Positions 1 through 8,860 are shown, counted from the stretch's first letter. The stretch: DNA of 55,170 nt from Rhodospirillaceae bacterium (GCA_002700865.1 PAFB01000149.1:1-55170), one strand, 5' to 3'. Numbers and translations are program-made. The notes: generated from the letters alone by a model not told the origin.

Positions 1-138
1 CGAGCGGTCTTCGTTAGCCTCCATGGCCGCGCGGTCGCGGCGATCGCCGAGGGTGACGCGGTGGCCCTCGCGGGCCAGCAGACCGGCGATCAGGCCGCCC
101 GCCGGTCCGGCTCCGATAACGGCGACGCGCAGGCTCAT
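1..138 (-). CDS. FAD/NAD(P)-binding oxidoreductase, N-terminal 46 codons only (runs off the window edge)
   Basis: Minus-strand ATG at 138..136 forms an ATGA overlap with the stop of the upstream aldolase gene. MSLRVAVIGAGPAGGLIAGLLAREGHRVTLGD carries the GxGxxG dinucleotide-binding fingerprint. The frame stays open to nt 1. Confidence 0.6.
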   Translation of the reverse strand, partial: MSLRVAVIGAGPAGGLIAGLLAREGHRVTLGDRRDRAAMEANEDRS

Positions 139-923
139 GGTCTTTGCAGACGCCGCTTGAGGCCTTCGCTGGCCTCGGTTCCCGCCTGCTTGAGCAAGGC
201 AAGGTCGCTGCCCAGAACCAGCAGCCGGGCCCCGGCGGCGGCGGCGCGATGGGCGCCCTCGGCGTTCATGGCGAAGGTTCCAACCAGCTTGCCCGCCTTG
301 CCCGCCACCGCGAGCACGCGCTCGAAGGCCTCGGCGAGCCGCGGGTCGTCCATGCCGACACCGAGTGAAACGGCCATGTCCCCGGGACCGAAGAACAGCA
401 GGTCGATCCCGTCGGTTTTGGCGATGGCCCCGGCCTGCTCCAACCCGGCGGCGGTCTCGATCTGTGCGCAGACCAGCACCTGCTGATTGGCGGCGCGGAA
501 CATCTGCGGCATGGGAATGGCGCCGTAACCGGTCGCGGGTGTCAGTGGATGGACGCCGCGTGTGCCTTCGGGTGGATAGCGGCACCAGCTGGCCAGTTGC
601 TTGGCCTGCGCAGCGCTCTCGACCATGGGCGCTAGAATACCGTCAGAACCGGCTTCGAGCGCGTCCTGCACTGCCGCGCGGGCGAGTTCGGGGATGCGGG
701 TGATGGCGCTCAGGCCGGCGCGCTGGCTGGCCATGATCAGGCCAGCGGCGGTTTCCACCCCCATGACGGCGTGTTCGCGGTCAATGACGATGCAGCCAAA
801 TCCAGCCTGAGCCAACACGCCGGCGACGGCCGGGTCCTTCAGGGAGGCAAAGGTCGCGGTCATAGGGCCAGCGGCGAGGGTGGTCTTCAAGGTCATAAGC
901 CGGGTCGCACGTGGTTTGCGCAA
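135..923 (-). CDS. HpcH/HpaI-family aldolase (2-keto-3-deoxy-acid aldolase type)
   Basis: 262-aa ORF with family-typical blocks GCIVIDREHA, ITRIPE, DGILAPMVESAAQA, YPPEGTRG, CAQIETAAGL and DLLFFGPGDMA. TTG start at 923, with an alternative ATG at 896. Confidence 0.8.
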   Translation of the reverse strand: MRKPRATRLMTLKTTLAAGPMTATFASLKDPAVAGVLAQAGFGCIVIDREHAVMGVETAAGLIMASQRAGLSAITRIPELARAAVQDALEAGSDGILAPMVESAAQAKQLASWCRYPPEGTRGVHPLTPATGYGAIPMPQMFRAANQQVLVCAQIETAAGLEQAGAIAKTDGIDLLFFGPGDMAVSLGVGMDDPRLAEAFERVLAVAGKAGKLVGTFAMNAEGAHRAAAAGARLLVLGSDLALLKQAGTEASEGLKRRLQRP

Positions 924-1141
924 GCCACTAGAAAATCAGTTTAAAGCACCTAGAGCAATAGGCTGGCGATGTGGGCCAACCGCCCGAACGGATTGATTGT
1001 TCAGAAAGGCGTTTGGCAGCGGTGGCGGTTCCCCTGCACAAACTGCGCGAGATCGGTACAGGCTCTGCGCAGGATCGCGCATTTCGTCAGCCCCTGCGAT
1101 CAACGACCCTGCCGCCTGACCAACCAACTCAAGAGGTAACA

Positions 1142-1276
1142 ATGAACGAAAAACCCCGCTGCGGCTGCGGCCACTCCGTCACCGGTTTCTGCATGGGCTG
1201 GCACGCCCTGTCTGAAGAGGACTATCAGAAGAAAAAAGAGGCCTACGAGCTCAAGCAGCAGAACAAAGAGCGTTGA
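1142..1276 (+). CDS. Small Cys-rich hypothetical protein (44 aa)
   Basis: ATG 1142 has AAGAGG 5 nt upstream. Translation is MNEKPRCGCGHSVTGFCMGWHALSEEDYQKKKEAYELKQQNKER. The 101-aa track ORF from 971 looks like a spurious 5' extension. No family recognised. Confidence 0.45.
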   Translation: MNEKPRCGCGHSVTGFCMGWHALSEEDYQKKKEAYELKQQNKER

Positions 1277-1328
1277 AGCAACCCGGCCGGTCGCCAATAT
1301 AGGCCGACAACGGCAGCAACAGGCGGGG

Positions 1329-2237
1329 GTGAGCGTGGTCGCGTGGACGGAAGTCAGAAGCGCCTACATGGTGGCGAAGCTTGGCACCGTCTCGGCGGCA
1401 GCCGATGCGCTGGGCGTGCACCGCGCCACCATCCTCCGCCATATCGACGCGCTGGAAACCGAGCTAGGGTCGAAGCTGTTCCAGCGCCACCAACGCGGCT
1501 ACACGCCTACCGACGTGGGCCAAGAGCTACTTGAAGTCGGCAGCCGCGCAGATGACGAGCTGACCCAGTGGCTGGGCCGAGCACGACACCGGCGGGACGA
1601 GCCCTCGGGCGAGCTAATCATCACCGCCTTACCCGGCTTCGAAGTTACGCTAGTGCGCGCCATGATCCGCATGCAGCGGGATTTCCCCGCCGTCTCTTGC
1701 CGCATCGTCACCACCGAGCAACTGATGCGGATGGAATTTGGTGAGGCCCATGTTGCCCTCCGGGCAGGTGGTCGACCCAGCAACCCGGATTTCGTGGTGC
1801 TCCATCACAGTAGTCACAGCCTCGGCCTCTTCGCCCACAAGAGCTACACACAGCAGTATGGCATCCCGACCTCAGACGCCGACTTCGAACAGCACCGTTT
1901 CTGCGCGGGGGGCGAGGTCTCCTACCACGTCGGGCCGCTAGAATGGATTGAGCAGAACGTACCGCCAAAGAGCATTGCCCTGCGCACCGACAGCCTGCTG
2001 ATCGGGCACAGCGCCGTGGTCCAGGGCCACTGTATCGGCCCAATGTGGCAGGCCGAGGCCGAGCAAGACCCGGACCTCGTTGAAGTCGTGGCACCGCGCT
2101 CGGACTGGACAATTGATTTCTGGATTGTCACCCATGTTGATCTGCACCGTACCACCAAGGTGCGCTCCTTCGTCCATCGACTGAAGGAAATTGAACTCGA
2201 TCTGGGTGCTGCCCAGCGCCATTGGCCGAAACCCTAA
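1329..2237 (+). CDS. LysR-family transcriptional regulator
   Basis: 302-aa ORF with GTG start. The N-terminal winged HTH (YMVAKLGTVSAAADALGVHRATILRHIDALETELGSKLFQRHQRGYTPT) and the ~200-aa C-terminal effector-domain length are typical of LysR regulators. Confidence 0.85.
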   Translation: MSVVAWTEVRSAYMVAKLGTVSAAADALGVHRATILRHIDALETELGSKLFQRHQRGYTPTDVGQELLEVGSRADDELTQWLGRARHRRDEPSGELIITALPGFEVTLVRAMIRMQRDFPAVSCRIVTTEQLMRMEFGEAHVALRAGGRPSNPDFVVLHHSSHSLGLFAHKSYTQQYGIPTSDADFEQHRFCAGGEVSYHVGPLEWIEQNVPPKSIALRTDSLLIGHSAVVQGHCIGPMWQAEAEQDPDLVEVVAPRSDWTIDFWIVTHVDLHRTTKVRSFVHRLKEIELDLGAAQRHWPKP

Positions 2238-2441
2238 CGCAGTTCGTGTAGGTTGTGGATGCCGGGCATAGTGATGAAACCAGTCAGAGTCCGAACGCGA
2301 TACAACCACGAGCGGATCGCCGGATCGCCGTCATGGTCCAGCCGCGCGATCCGCGACCAGCGAACATGGAATAAGGCACGGCAATCGCCATTTCTCAAAG
2401 CCCGTCAAAAGGCTCGAGGCGCAAAGGGCGGAGCATAGGGC

Positions 2442-3224
2442 TTAAAACAGGATACCGTACGATGGGTCGCGCAGCAGCGTGACCAATGCCGGTGCCCGTT
2501 GCTGCATCAGCGCGGGGGTATGGAGGCGCCACTCTTGGCCTATATCGTCGGCCCGCAGTCGGTTCAGTCCACGCATAGAGGTGATAGCCCAGAAGGTGAA
2601 CTCGGTCACCTGACAGCTGTAGTCACAGGTTCGATCATCGTAGGTGTAGTAAGCACCATTGGGATATCGGTTAGGCACGCGTGCGTGATAACCGCCGCGG
2701 GCTTCATCCATCAGGTCGGCTATGGCGCTACCACGGAACTCCCCGAAGATGTCCGGAAAGACTTCGGCGTAGCCAAACTGGGTGATGAGGTGCAGCGCCT
2801 CTTCGATGGTTGGGTCCCAGCCTTCACGGCCGCTGATGTCCATCTCGTCTTCGAAGACTGAGACGAGAGCATCGTAAGTCTCATGCTGGCTGTCATTCAG
2901 ACTGTCGAAAAGGCGGTCTGCTGCTCGCTCGTTTGGAAAGACGGCGAAAAACGCACCGCTATCGAGTACTTCATCGAGTACAACCGGGCTGTCAGGAACG
3001 CCATTCTGGTCGTAGTCAAGCAGGCTGCGCATCACCTTGTTTGCGTGAACAAGCGCGCGGTTGCTGACCTGGTCTGTGGCACAGACCGGAACGCCGAAGG
3101 TGTCGACGCCATTGCCCCGGAGCTTGTCCGGGCAGGTGCTCTGTGACAGAGCGGAACCGGGATGTACTAAAATCGCGACGAGCGCAAAGAGTGTTGCGTG
3201 AATGCCTGAATTGAGTAGGTGCAT
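2442..3224 (-). CDS. Hypothetical exported protein (260 aa)
   Basis: Long ORF with a signal-peptide-like N-terminus (ATLFALVAILVHPGSALSQ). No family recognised. Lies in the reduced-GC islet. Confidence 0.6.
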   Translation of the reverse strand: MHLLNSGIHATLFALVAILVHPGSALSQSTCPDKLRGNGVDTFGVPVCATDQVSNRALVHANKVMRSLLDYDQNGVPDSPVVLDEVLDSGAFFAVFPNERAADRLFDSLNDSQHETYDALVSVFEDEMDISGREGWDPTIEEALHLITQFGYAEVFPDIFGEFRGSAIADLMDEARGGYHARVPNRYPNGAYYTYDDRTCDYSCQVTEFTFWAITSMRGLNRLRADDIGQEWRLHTPALMQQRAPALVTLLRDPSYGILF

Positions 3225-3304
3225 GGCTTTCTATCCACTTTTTTAGGGGAATTCAGGTAGACACAAGCCCAGCTCTGTTGCCCGCAACAGCTTGCCTCCC
3301 GGCA

Positions 3305-3802
3305 CTAGCACTCGCCCTGCGCCAGAACCTTATCGACGACCGTCTGCAACCGCGTGCTGTAGAGTTCCGGCTGAAAACCTTCAGAAGCATAGAATTCGCA
3401 GTGAATGTCGACTTGCAGTTCCAGCAGATCAATCCACGCCTGGACATTGGGGACGTAAGCCAACACCTGTTCAAAAGTTTCAGTCATGAGCGTTACGTAC
3501 CAGAAATATCGCTCATCATCTTGCTCTGTGTACTCATAATCGCTGAGTAACCCACCGGAAATTGCCGGGTTGTCCATGGAAATTTTGAGAAAGTCCTTGA
3601 AGGCATCACGGGCAGCCTGCTCGTTCTGCACGGCCCACTGCTCCGTAACCTGCCAGTAAGCAATAACGCCAGCGGATATAGCAAGCGCTACTTGCAACAG
3701 CCCGGCCAGTGCCGCCCAAACCACAGAGTTATTGCCCGTGCGAACTACTGGGGCTGGAGCGTCGAGAGACAATGGGCCTTTGGCCTCATTCGAAGATGTC
3801 AT
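3305..3802 (-). CDS. Hypothetical membrane-anchored protein (165 aa)
   Basis: Single predicted TM helix VVWAALAGLLQVALAISAGVIAYW. Same strand as, and tightly spaced with, the flanking exported-protein genes. No family recognised. Confidence 0.55.
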   Translation of the reverse strand: MTSSNEAKGPLSLDAPAPVVRTGNNSVVWAALAGLLQVALAISAGVIAYWQVTEQWAVQNEQAARDAFKDFLKISMDNPAISGGLLSDYEYTEQDDERYFWYVTLMTETFEQVLAYVPNVQAWIDLLELQVDIHCEFYASEGFQPELYSTRLQTVVDKVLAQGEC

Positions 3803-3829
3803 GGCCTGGTCTTCTCCCCCAAGAAAGGC

Positions 3830-4315
3830 TTAAGTGCATTTCCCAGTATAAAGGAATGCGGACGTGCTCAGCGAAACTTCATTGGAATAAACACTGCTAA
3901 TGTGAAGCACCATGCTCATCTCTCCGACATCGAAAGCAAAGTTAAAGCGCGTCATACCCGCCTCGATATCTGCTCCACCAGAGAGCGCAAGCACGCCCTG
4001 CTGAAAGGTATCGATACCAAAGGTATAGATATCGTTTAGGTCCAGATAATCGCTGCCTTCGGTACTTACGAAAACGGAAATCTCGCCCTTATCCGAAACC
4101 ACAAGCTTGTAGACGATATCTTCTGGCCCCAACGTATCGACGGTTAGGCCCCAACCCAGCCGATTTTCGGCCGTAGCACCGCCAGGCAGCTTCTCGAAAC
4201 CGACTATTTCCTCGACCGGACAAATGTAGACGTCGTCCGCGGCAACTGCTGTGCTCGCAATGGCCAAGGCCAGTACTGAGACCAGAAGGTCGCGGAAAAT
4301 AGGTATTGCTTTCAT
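3830..4315 (-). CDS. Hypothetical exported protein (161 aa)
   Basis: Signal peptide MKAIPIFRDLLVSVLALAIASTAVAADD. AGGAGA sits 7 nt upstream of the ATG. No family recognised. Confidence 0.6.
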   Translation of the reverse strand: MKAIPIFRDLLVSVLALAIASTAVAADDVYICPVEEIVGFEKLPGGATAENRLGWGLTVDTLGPEDIVYKLVVSDKGEISVFVSTEGSDYLDLNDIYTFGIDTFQQGVLALSGGADIEAGMTRFNFAFDVGEMSMVLHISSVYSNEVSLSTSAFLYTGKCT

Positions 4316-4371
4316 GGCTTTATCTCCTGGCTACAGCTCGCTTAGGTTCATTCTAGTGTCTTTTTAGGTGC

Positions 4372-4599
4372 TCAAGCAAATTCAGGGCTAAGCGCCCGGT
4401 GGAATGCGCGATAGTGCCTGAGCTGCGCCTCTTGCACTAAGACAGACATCACCCAGAAGTATACTCCATTGTTCGCAGGGAGAGCGGCCGGGCCATCGCG
4501 CTTAAGCTGTGCGAGAAAATATGCGCGCTGATTGCCGACGATCTCTGTGGTAACGTCCGATCGATGGTCAGGAAAACGAGCATTGAGGACGCGGACCAT
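4372..4599 (-). CDS. Hypothetical 75-aa ORF (weak)
   Basis: ORF only. No Shine-Dalgarno and no recognisable family. May be non-coding. Confidence 0.25.
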   Translation of the reverse strand: MVRVLNARFPDHRSDVTTEIVGNQRAYFLAQLKRDGPAALPANNGVYFWVMSVLVQEAQLRHYRAFHRALSPEFA

Positions 4600-4672
4600 T
4601 TCATGAAGACAACGTCCGTGAGGCTAGCGACCAGCCGACAGTTAGGGATCGCATGATGGGGGCTTTCGGGTC

Positions 4673-6202
4673 ATGAGCGCCAGGGACAAAATTGAGCGAC
4701 TCCAGCAGCTTTTTCCCGGCAGCGTAACAGAAACTCAAGACCCCGAAACCGGGCAGGTTACGCTGCGGGTCGCACCCGAACAGCTGCACACGGCACTGCA
4801 GGCAGCGTTAGGCGACGCGTACTGCTCCGCTGAAAAGACCATGCTGACACAGGTCGAAAGCTACGCCTTCACATGGCCGGGGAAGACAGCAGCCCGGCAG
4901 CAGGCTACGGCCCCGGTTTCCGTGCAGTTTCAACCCCGCCCGGACCTGAGTAAGGACCCTGAGACCACCAGCAACCAGCTTATCATCGGCGATAACCTCG
5001 CTGCGCTGAAGCTGCTGCGGGAAGGGTCAGGCACCGACTCACTCGCCGGAAAGGTGCGTTTGATCTACATCGATCCACCCTACAACACCGGCAACGCCTT
5101 CATTTATCCCGATAACTTCCGCGAAAGCCTCCGCTCTTACACCGCGCGCAAACCCAAGACGACCGATCCAGAAGGCCAGAAGGCGTTCGACGACGACGCC
5201 GATCACCACGGCCGCATTCACGCGGACTGGCTGAGCTTCATGCTGCCGCGATTGATTGTGGCGCGTGACTTGCTGCGCGAAGACGGCTGCATCGTTATTT
5301 CCATTGATGAGCACGAGCTCCCCAACCTCTGGAAGCTCTGTGAAGAAGTGTTTGGCGCGGAAAACTTTGTCGAGTGCATGGTCTACGACAAGAAATCTTC
5401 GGCCAAAGGCGTTCCGCCAACGAAGATGATCGCCGGGGTTCACGAATACATGCTGGTTTTCCAGCGCTCTTCCGCCTTTTCATTCATCGGGCGACCACGC
5501 AGTGAGGAAGGCTTTTACAACCCCGACAATGACCCGCGTGGTCCCTGGCGCAACACCAACTGCAAATCGACCGTGAAAGACCCACGCGAGGCCTTCGACG
5601 TCGAAGATCCCGCAACCGGGCGACGGTTCCGCGATGTCTGGGCCTTTAGCCCAGCGGAAATGGCGCGCAAGGCAGCGGCGGGTGAATTGCTGTTCCCCAA
5701 GGCTGACGGCGGACAAGTGCGGATGAAGGAGTATTTCAACGCCTTCCGCAACGCCAACATTCCGATCAAATCGTCTTGGGGGCTCTATGATGCTCAATAC
5801 AACACCCAGTATCTGACCCGGCTTATGGGGACTAAGGTGTTCCTCAACCCCAAGCACATACGGTTGATGCGTGACCTGCTCGCCTATACTACGCAAGGAA
5901 ATGATATCGTACTGGACTTCTTCGGCGGCTCAGGCACGACAGCCGATGCGCTGCTGTCACTCAACGCCGAAGACGGGCATCAGCGACGCTTTGTGCTGGT
6001 ACAACTCGATGTGCCAGTGGAGCCGTCCTCGGCAGCAGGCAAAGCGGGCTACACGACCATCGCCGACCTGTGCCGCGACCGGATCAACCGCGCAGGTGCG
6101 GCGTTGAACCCGGCCGAGGCTCACCCCAACTGGGATGGGAATGTTGGCTATCGCGTGCTTGATCTTGGTCCGCCGACTCCTGTCGATCTGAAAGTGGATT
6201 GA
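4673..6202 (+). CDS. Site-specific DNA methyltransferase, beta-class, type III Mod-like (N6-adenine/N4-cytosine), no adjacent Res
   Basis: 509-aa ORF. Catalytic motif IV IYIDPPYNTGNAFIYPDNF lies near residue 135 and AdoMet motif I VLDFFGGSGTTADA near residue 418. This IV-before-I order is typical of Mod-like enzymes. Confidence 0.85.
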   Translation: MSARDKIERLQQLFPGSVTETQDPETGQVTLRVAPEQLHTALQAALGDAYCSAEKTMLTQVESYAFTWPGKTAARQQATAPVSVQFQPRPDLSKDPETTSNQLIIGDNLAALKLLREGSGTDSLAGKVRLIYIDPPYNTGNAFIYPDNFRESLRSYTARKPKTTDPEGQKAFDDDADHHGRIHADWLSFMLPRLIVARDLLREDGCIVISIDEHELPNLWKLCEEVFGAENFVECMVYDKKSSAKGVPPTKMIAGVHEYMLVFQRSSAFSFIGRPRSEEGFYNPDNDPRGPWRNTNCKSTVKDPREAFDVEDPATGRRFRDVWAFSPAEMARKAAAGELLFPKADGGQVRMKEYFNAFRNANIPIKSSWGLYDAQYNTQYLTRLMGTKVFLNPKHIRLMRDLLAYTTQGNDIVLDFFGGSGTTADALLSLNAEDGHQRRFVLVQLDVPVEPSSAAGKAGYTTIADLCRDRINRAGAALNPAEAHPNWDGNVGYRVLDLGPPTPVDLKVD

Positions 6203-6320
6203 TCCTATCTGACCGCCGCAGGTTTGCCTTGGGCCTCCTAAACCCCATCTCTGGCCCAACGTGTTTCTCCGCACAGGTTTACTGCTCCGCCCTCATCATC
6301 TCTTCTGGAAAGGTTCTCCT

Positions 6321-6518
6321 ATGGCACCCCTGATCGCCATTCTCCTGCTCGTCGGTCTCACCGTGGTCGTGATTGGCGCGCTCGCCATTCCGATGAATTT
6401 CTTCCGCTGGGTCGCGGGCGTCCGCGAGGAGCGGGACCGACTGGAGGCAGAATTGCTGGAGGCACGCCGCGAAATTCGCAGTCTAAAAGAAGAGCTGATG
6501 CGCCAGAACGACAGCTGA
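6321..6518 (+). CDS. Small membrane protein with charged coiled-coil-like tail (65 aa)
   Basis: ATG 6321. Hydrophobic helix MAPLIAILLLVGLTVVVIGALAIP is followed by EERDRLEAELLEARREIRSLKEELMRQ. No family recognised. Confidence 0.4.
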   Translation: MAPLIAILLLVGLTVVVIGALAIPMNFFRWVAGVREERDRLEAELLEARREIRSLKEELMRQNDS

Positions 6519-6592
6519 GTCGACACGCTCAGGCACGTGACACGGCGCTCGAAGCGCGTACCCACGGCGGCACTGTTCAGTATCAGCAGCGC

Positions 6593-7312
6593 TTAACCTG
6601 TGATGCCATGCCCCTTCATGGCCTCCAGATCAGCTTCGATCTCGGTCCAGTCATCGCGTGGCAGCACCACGCAGGGTTGGGCGATGTCTTCGAGCCACGA
6701 AAACACCGAAAAAAACGGCTGTTCGTAGGAGCGCGTTGCATGGGGGGCCATCGACGGATTGTAGACGAGGCTGCCTGGACCAAGATCACGCCAGCCACTC
6801 TGGCCAAAGCGCCAGCCAGACCGTGATGAGAGGTTTAAGTAAGTCTCCGGCGCCGGATGAGCATGGTCGCGGTAAAGCGTATGCGGGTGGAGCAGGAAGA
6901 ACCCAAGCGTAAAATCTGCGTGCTCGAAGCCACAGGCGCCGGGACCGATCAGCAACGTATGCAGATTACCATTTCGATAACCCAAGCCGACATCAGCGTC
7001 CGCAGCGTAATATTTCATCTGGTCCTCGGCCCAGACCAAATCATCGATCGCTGCCCTCAGAGCCCGTTGTAAGGGCAGGAGCAGCGGTGACTGCATCTGG
7101 TCAACAGCCTGGGTCAATAAGGGTTGATGACGGTCGGCGGAGCGGGGCGGACGATCGGTGAAAGCATCGCGGCTGAGCGCTGTCGTCTGCAAACGGTCTA
7201 GCGTGCGCTGCGCCGCCAAGGCAGTGTCCCCGGGCTCAGCAGCAGCGGTACGAAGCATGCCAGCGATAGCCTCGACCACCGCCCGCACACGCTCAAATCG
7301 ACCGGTCACCAT
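6593..7312 (-). CDS. Cupin-fold protein, DddL-like DMSP-lyase family (tentative)
   Basis: 239-aa ORF with a two-motif cupin signature: LGFFLLHPHTLYRDHAHPAPETYLNLS (HxHxxxxE) and GSLVYNPSMAPHAT. Length and block layout resemble what I recall of DddL (LGLVLFAP..YP.H.H....E.Y..LSG ... N.P...H). Confidence 0.55.
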   Translation of the reverse strand: MVTGRFERVRAVVEAIAGMLRTAAAEPGDTALAAQRTLDRLQTTALSRDAFTDRPPRSADRHQPLLTQAVDQMQSPLLLPLQRALRAAIDDLVWAEDQMKYYAADADVGLGYRNGNLHTLLIGPGACGFEHADFTLGFFLLHPHTLYRDHAHPAPETYLNLSSRSGWRFGQSGWRDLGPGSLVYNPSMAPHATRSYEQPFFSVFSWLEDIAQPCVVLPRDDWTEIEADLEAMKGHGITG

Positions 7313-7355
7313 CGGTGACCGCTAGATGTGCGATAACTCCGTCTCATACCGCCGC

Positions 7356-8735
7356 TTAGGCTTCGCCCATCAAACGAGCGTCGTAGGGAAACCGGGTGAT
7401 ATTCTCAAAGCCGGTTTCCGTTACAATAAGCTGGTCTTCAAGCTTGATGCAGAAATCGCCGTCTTCCTCACCAACCAGCGCCTCCACGCATAAGCACATA
7501 CCCGGCTCCAATTCATAATCGTTGGCGCCTTCCTGGAATTCTTCCTTGTAGGGGATGCAGGGCCACTCATCGCACAGACCAACGCCATGGAAGCGGCAGC
7601 TATACTGCCGTGCCACGTATTTGGGATCTAGCTGGTGACCGCCAAAGGTGAGCTCCTTCATCGTCGTGCCTGGTTTCACCAGCTGCTCGTTGGTGCGCAT
7701 GTGCTCGACCGCGTGCTTGTAAGCCTCGATCATGTCTGCGCGCGGTGCCTCGTCACCAATCCACCAGGTGCGGGAAATGTCGATGCAGAAGCCGTATATG
7801 CCGACGAGATCGGTATCGAAGGCAAGGATTTCGTTGTTCTGCAGCTTTCGCGGGCCACACTCCTGAAACCACGGGTTGGTTCGCGGGCCGGACGCCAGCA
7901 AGCGGGTTTCAATCCACTCGCCGCCACGCTTGATGTTGCCGGCGTGCAGAACGGACCAGATTTCGTCCTCGGTCATGCCCGGTTGAACTGCTGCCTGCAT
8001 CTCGTAAACTGATTGCTCACAGGACCAGCTCGCGCACTTCATGGCCAGCTGTTCATCGATGCTCTTGACGCTGCGGGCCTTCTCCATCGCCTCCTCACCG
8101 CGCATGACGGCGAAGCCTGCGTCGCGCAGCGCATAAAAACCATCGAGCATGATCTTGTCCACGCCCAGCCGCATATTCCCCCCGGCGTGCTCGGCCATCA
8201 GGTCGATGACTTGCTGTGCGAAGGCGTCTGCAGCCTGCTGGGTTCGGTCGCCGCTGGTAAAGTAGAACATGCTTGCTCCGCTCCGGACCTCCTGGACCAG
8301 CGGGTTGAAGTCACACAGGAAGGGGCTGTTTTTGTAGTCCCAGACCACGAGGTGCCCGTCCGCTGTCACCAAACAGGCGCGGAAGGGATTGTGGGTGTTC
8401 CACAACTGCATGCTGGTGCTGTCGCTGGCGTAGCGGATGTTCAGCGGGTCGAATAGCAGCACGCCGCCCCAATCACGTTCGTGCAGGGCTTTGACGATTC
8501 GGTCGAGCCGGTAGGCCCGCATAGCCTGCAGGTCCGGCGCTTGCAGCCCCGCCGCGTGCCATTCCTGCCAAGCCAGGTCAGTCGGTCCGATTTCAATGCG
8601 GTTGCCGTTGTTCGGGCTGCCATCGTCTAAGGTATCGCCACGCGCACGGTCGATCCGCACCGAAGGGGCAGCTTCGGCCTTTGAGCTTCCAAAAGGCATG
8701 ACCTTGCGGGTGTTGCTGTAAAACTCGCCATCCAT
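7356..8735 (-). CDS. dddP: DMSP lyase DddP (M24 metallopeptidase-like family)
   Basis: 459-aa ORF with GGAGGA SD. Blocks match characterised DddP as I recall it: RIEIGPT, LNIRYASDSTSMQLWNTHNPFRA, WDYKNSPF, GGEWIETRLLASGPRTNPWFQECGPR, FDTDLVG, HGVGLCDEWP and DFCIKLEDQLIVTE. Confidence 0.8.
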   Translation of the reverse strand: MDGEFYSNTRKVMPFGSSKAEAAPSVRIDRARGDTLDDGSPNNGNRIEIGPTDLAWQEWHAAGLQAPDLQAMRAYRLDRIVKALHERDWGGVLLFDPLNIRYASDSTSMQLWNTHNPFRACLVTADGHLVVWDYKNSPFLCDFNPLVQEVRSGASMFYFTSGDRTQQAADAFAQQVIDLMAEHAGGNMRLGVDKIMLDGFYALRDAGFAVMRGEEAMEKARSVKSIDEQLAMKCASWSCEQSVYEMQAAVQPGMTEDEIWSVLHAGNIKRGGEWIETRLLASGPRTNPWFQECGPRKLQNNEILAFDTDLVGIYGFCIDISRTWWIGDEAPRADMIEAYKHAVEHMRTNEQLVKPGTTMKELTFGGHQLDPKYVARQYSCRFHGVGLCDEWPCIPYKEEFQEGANDYELEPGMCLCVEALVGEEDGDFCIKLEDQLIVTETGFENITRFPYDARLMGEA

Positions 8736-8860
8736 CCTGCGTATCCTCCACTACAATAACCTATCAAACACCCAGATAGCATTCCCGGTCGAGAGATCTT
8801 CCAATTTGCGTCACCGATGCGACACCTTTGCACCCTTAAACCGCGACACGTTGACAACCG

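Noticed and set aside
6203-6592. A type III res (helicase/nuclease) gene downstream of the Mod-like methyltransferase
   Set aside because: Only a 65-aa membrane/coiled-coil ORF fits in this interval before the convergent cupin gene. Nothing helicase-like is present.
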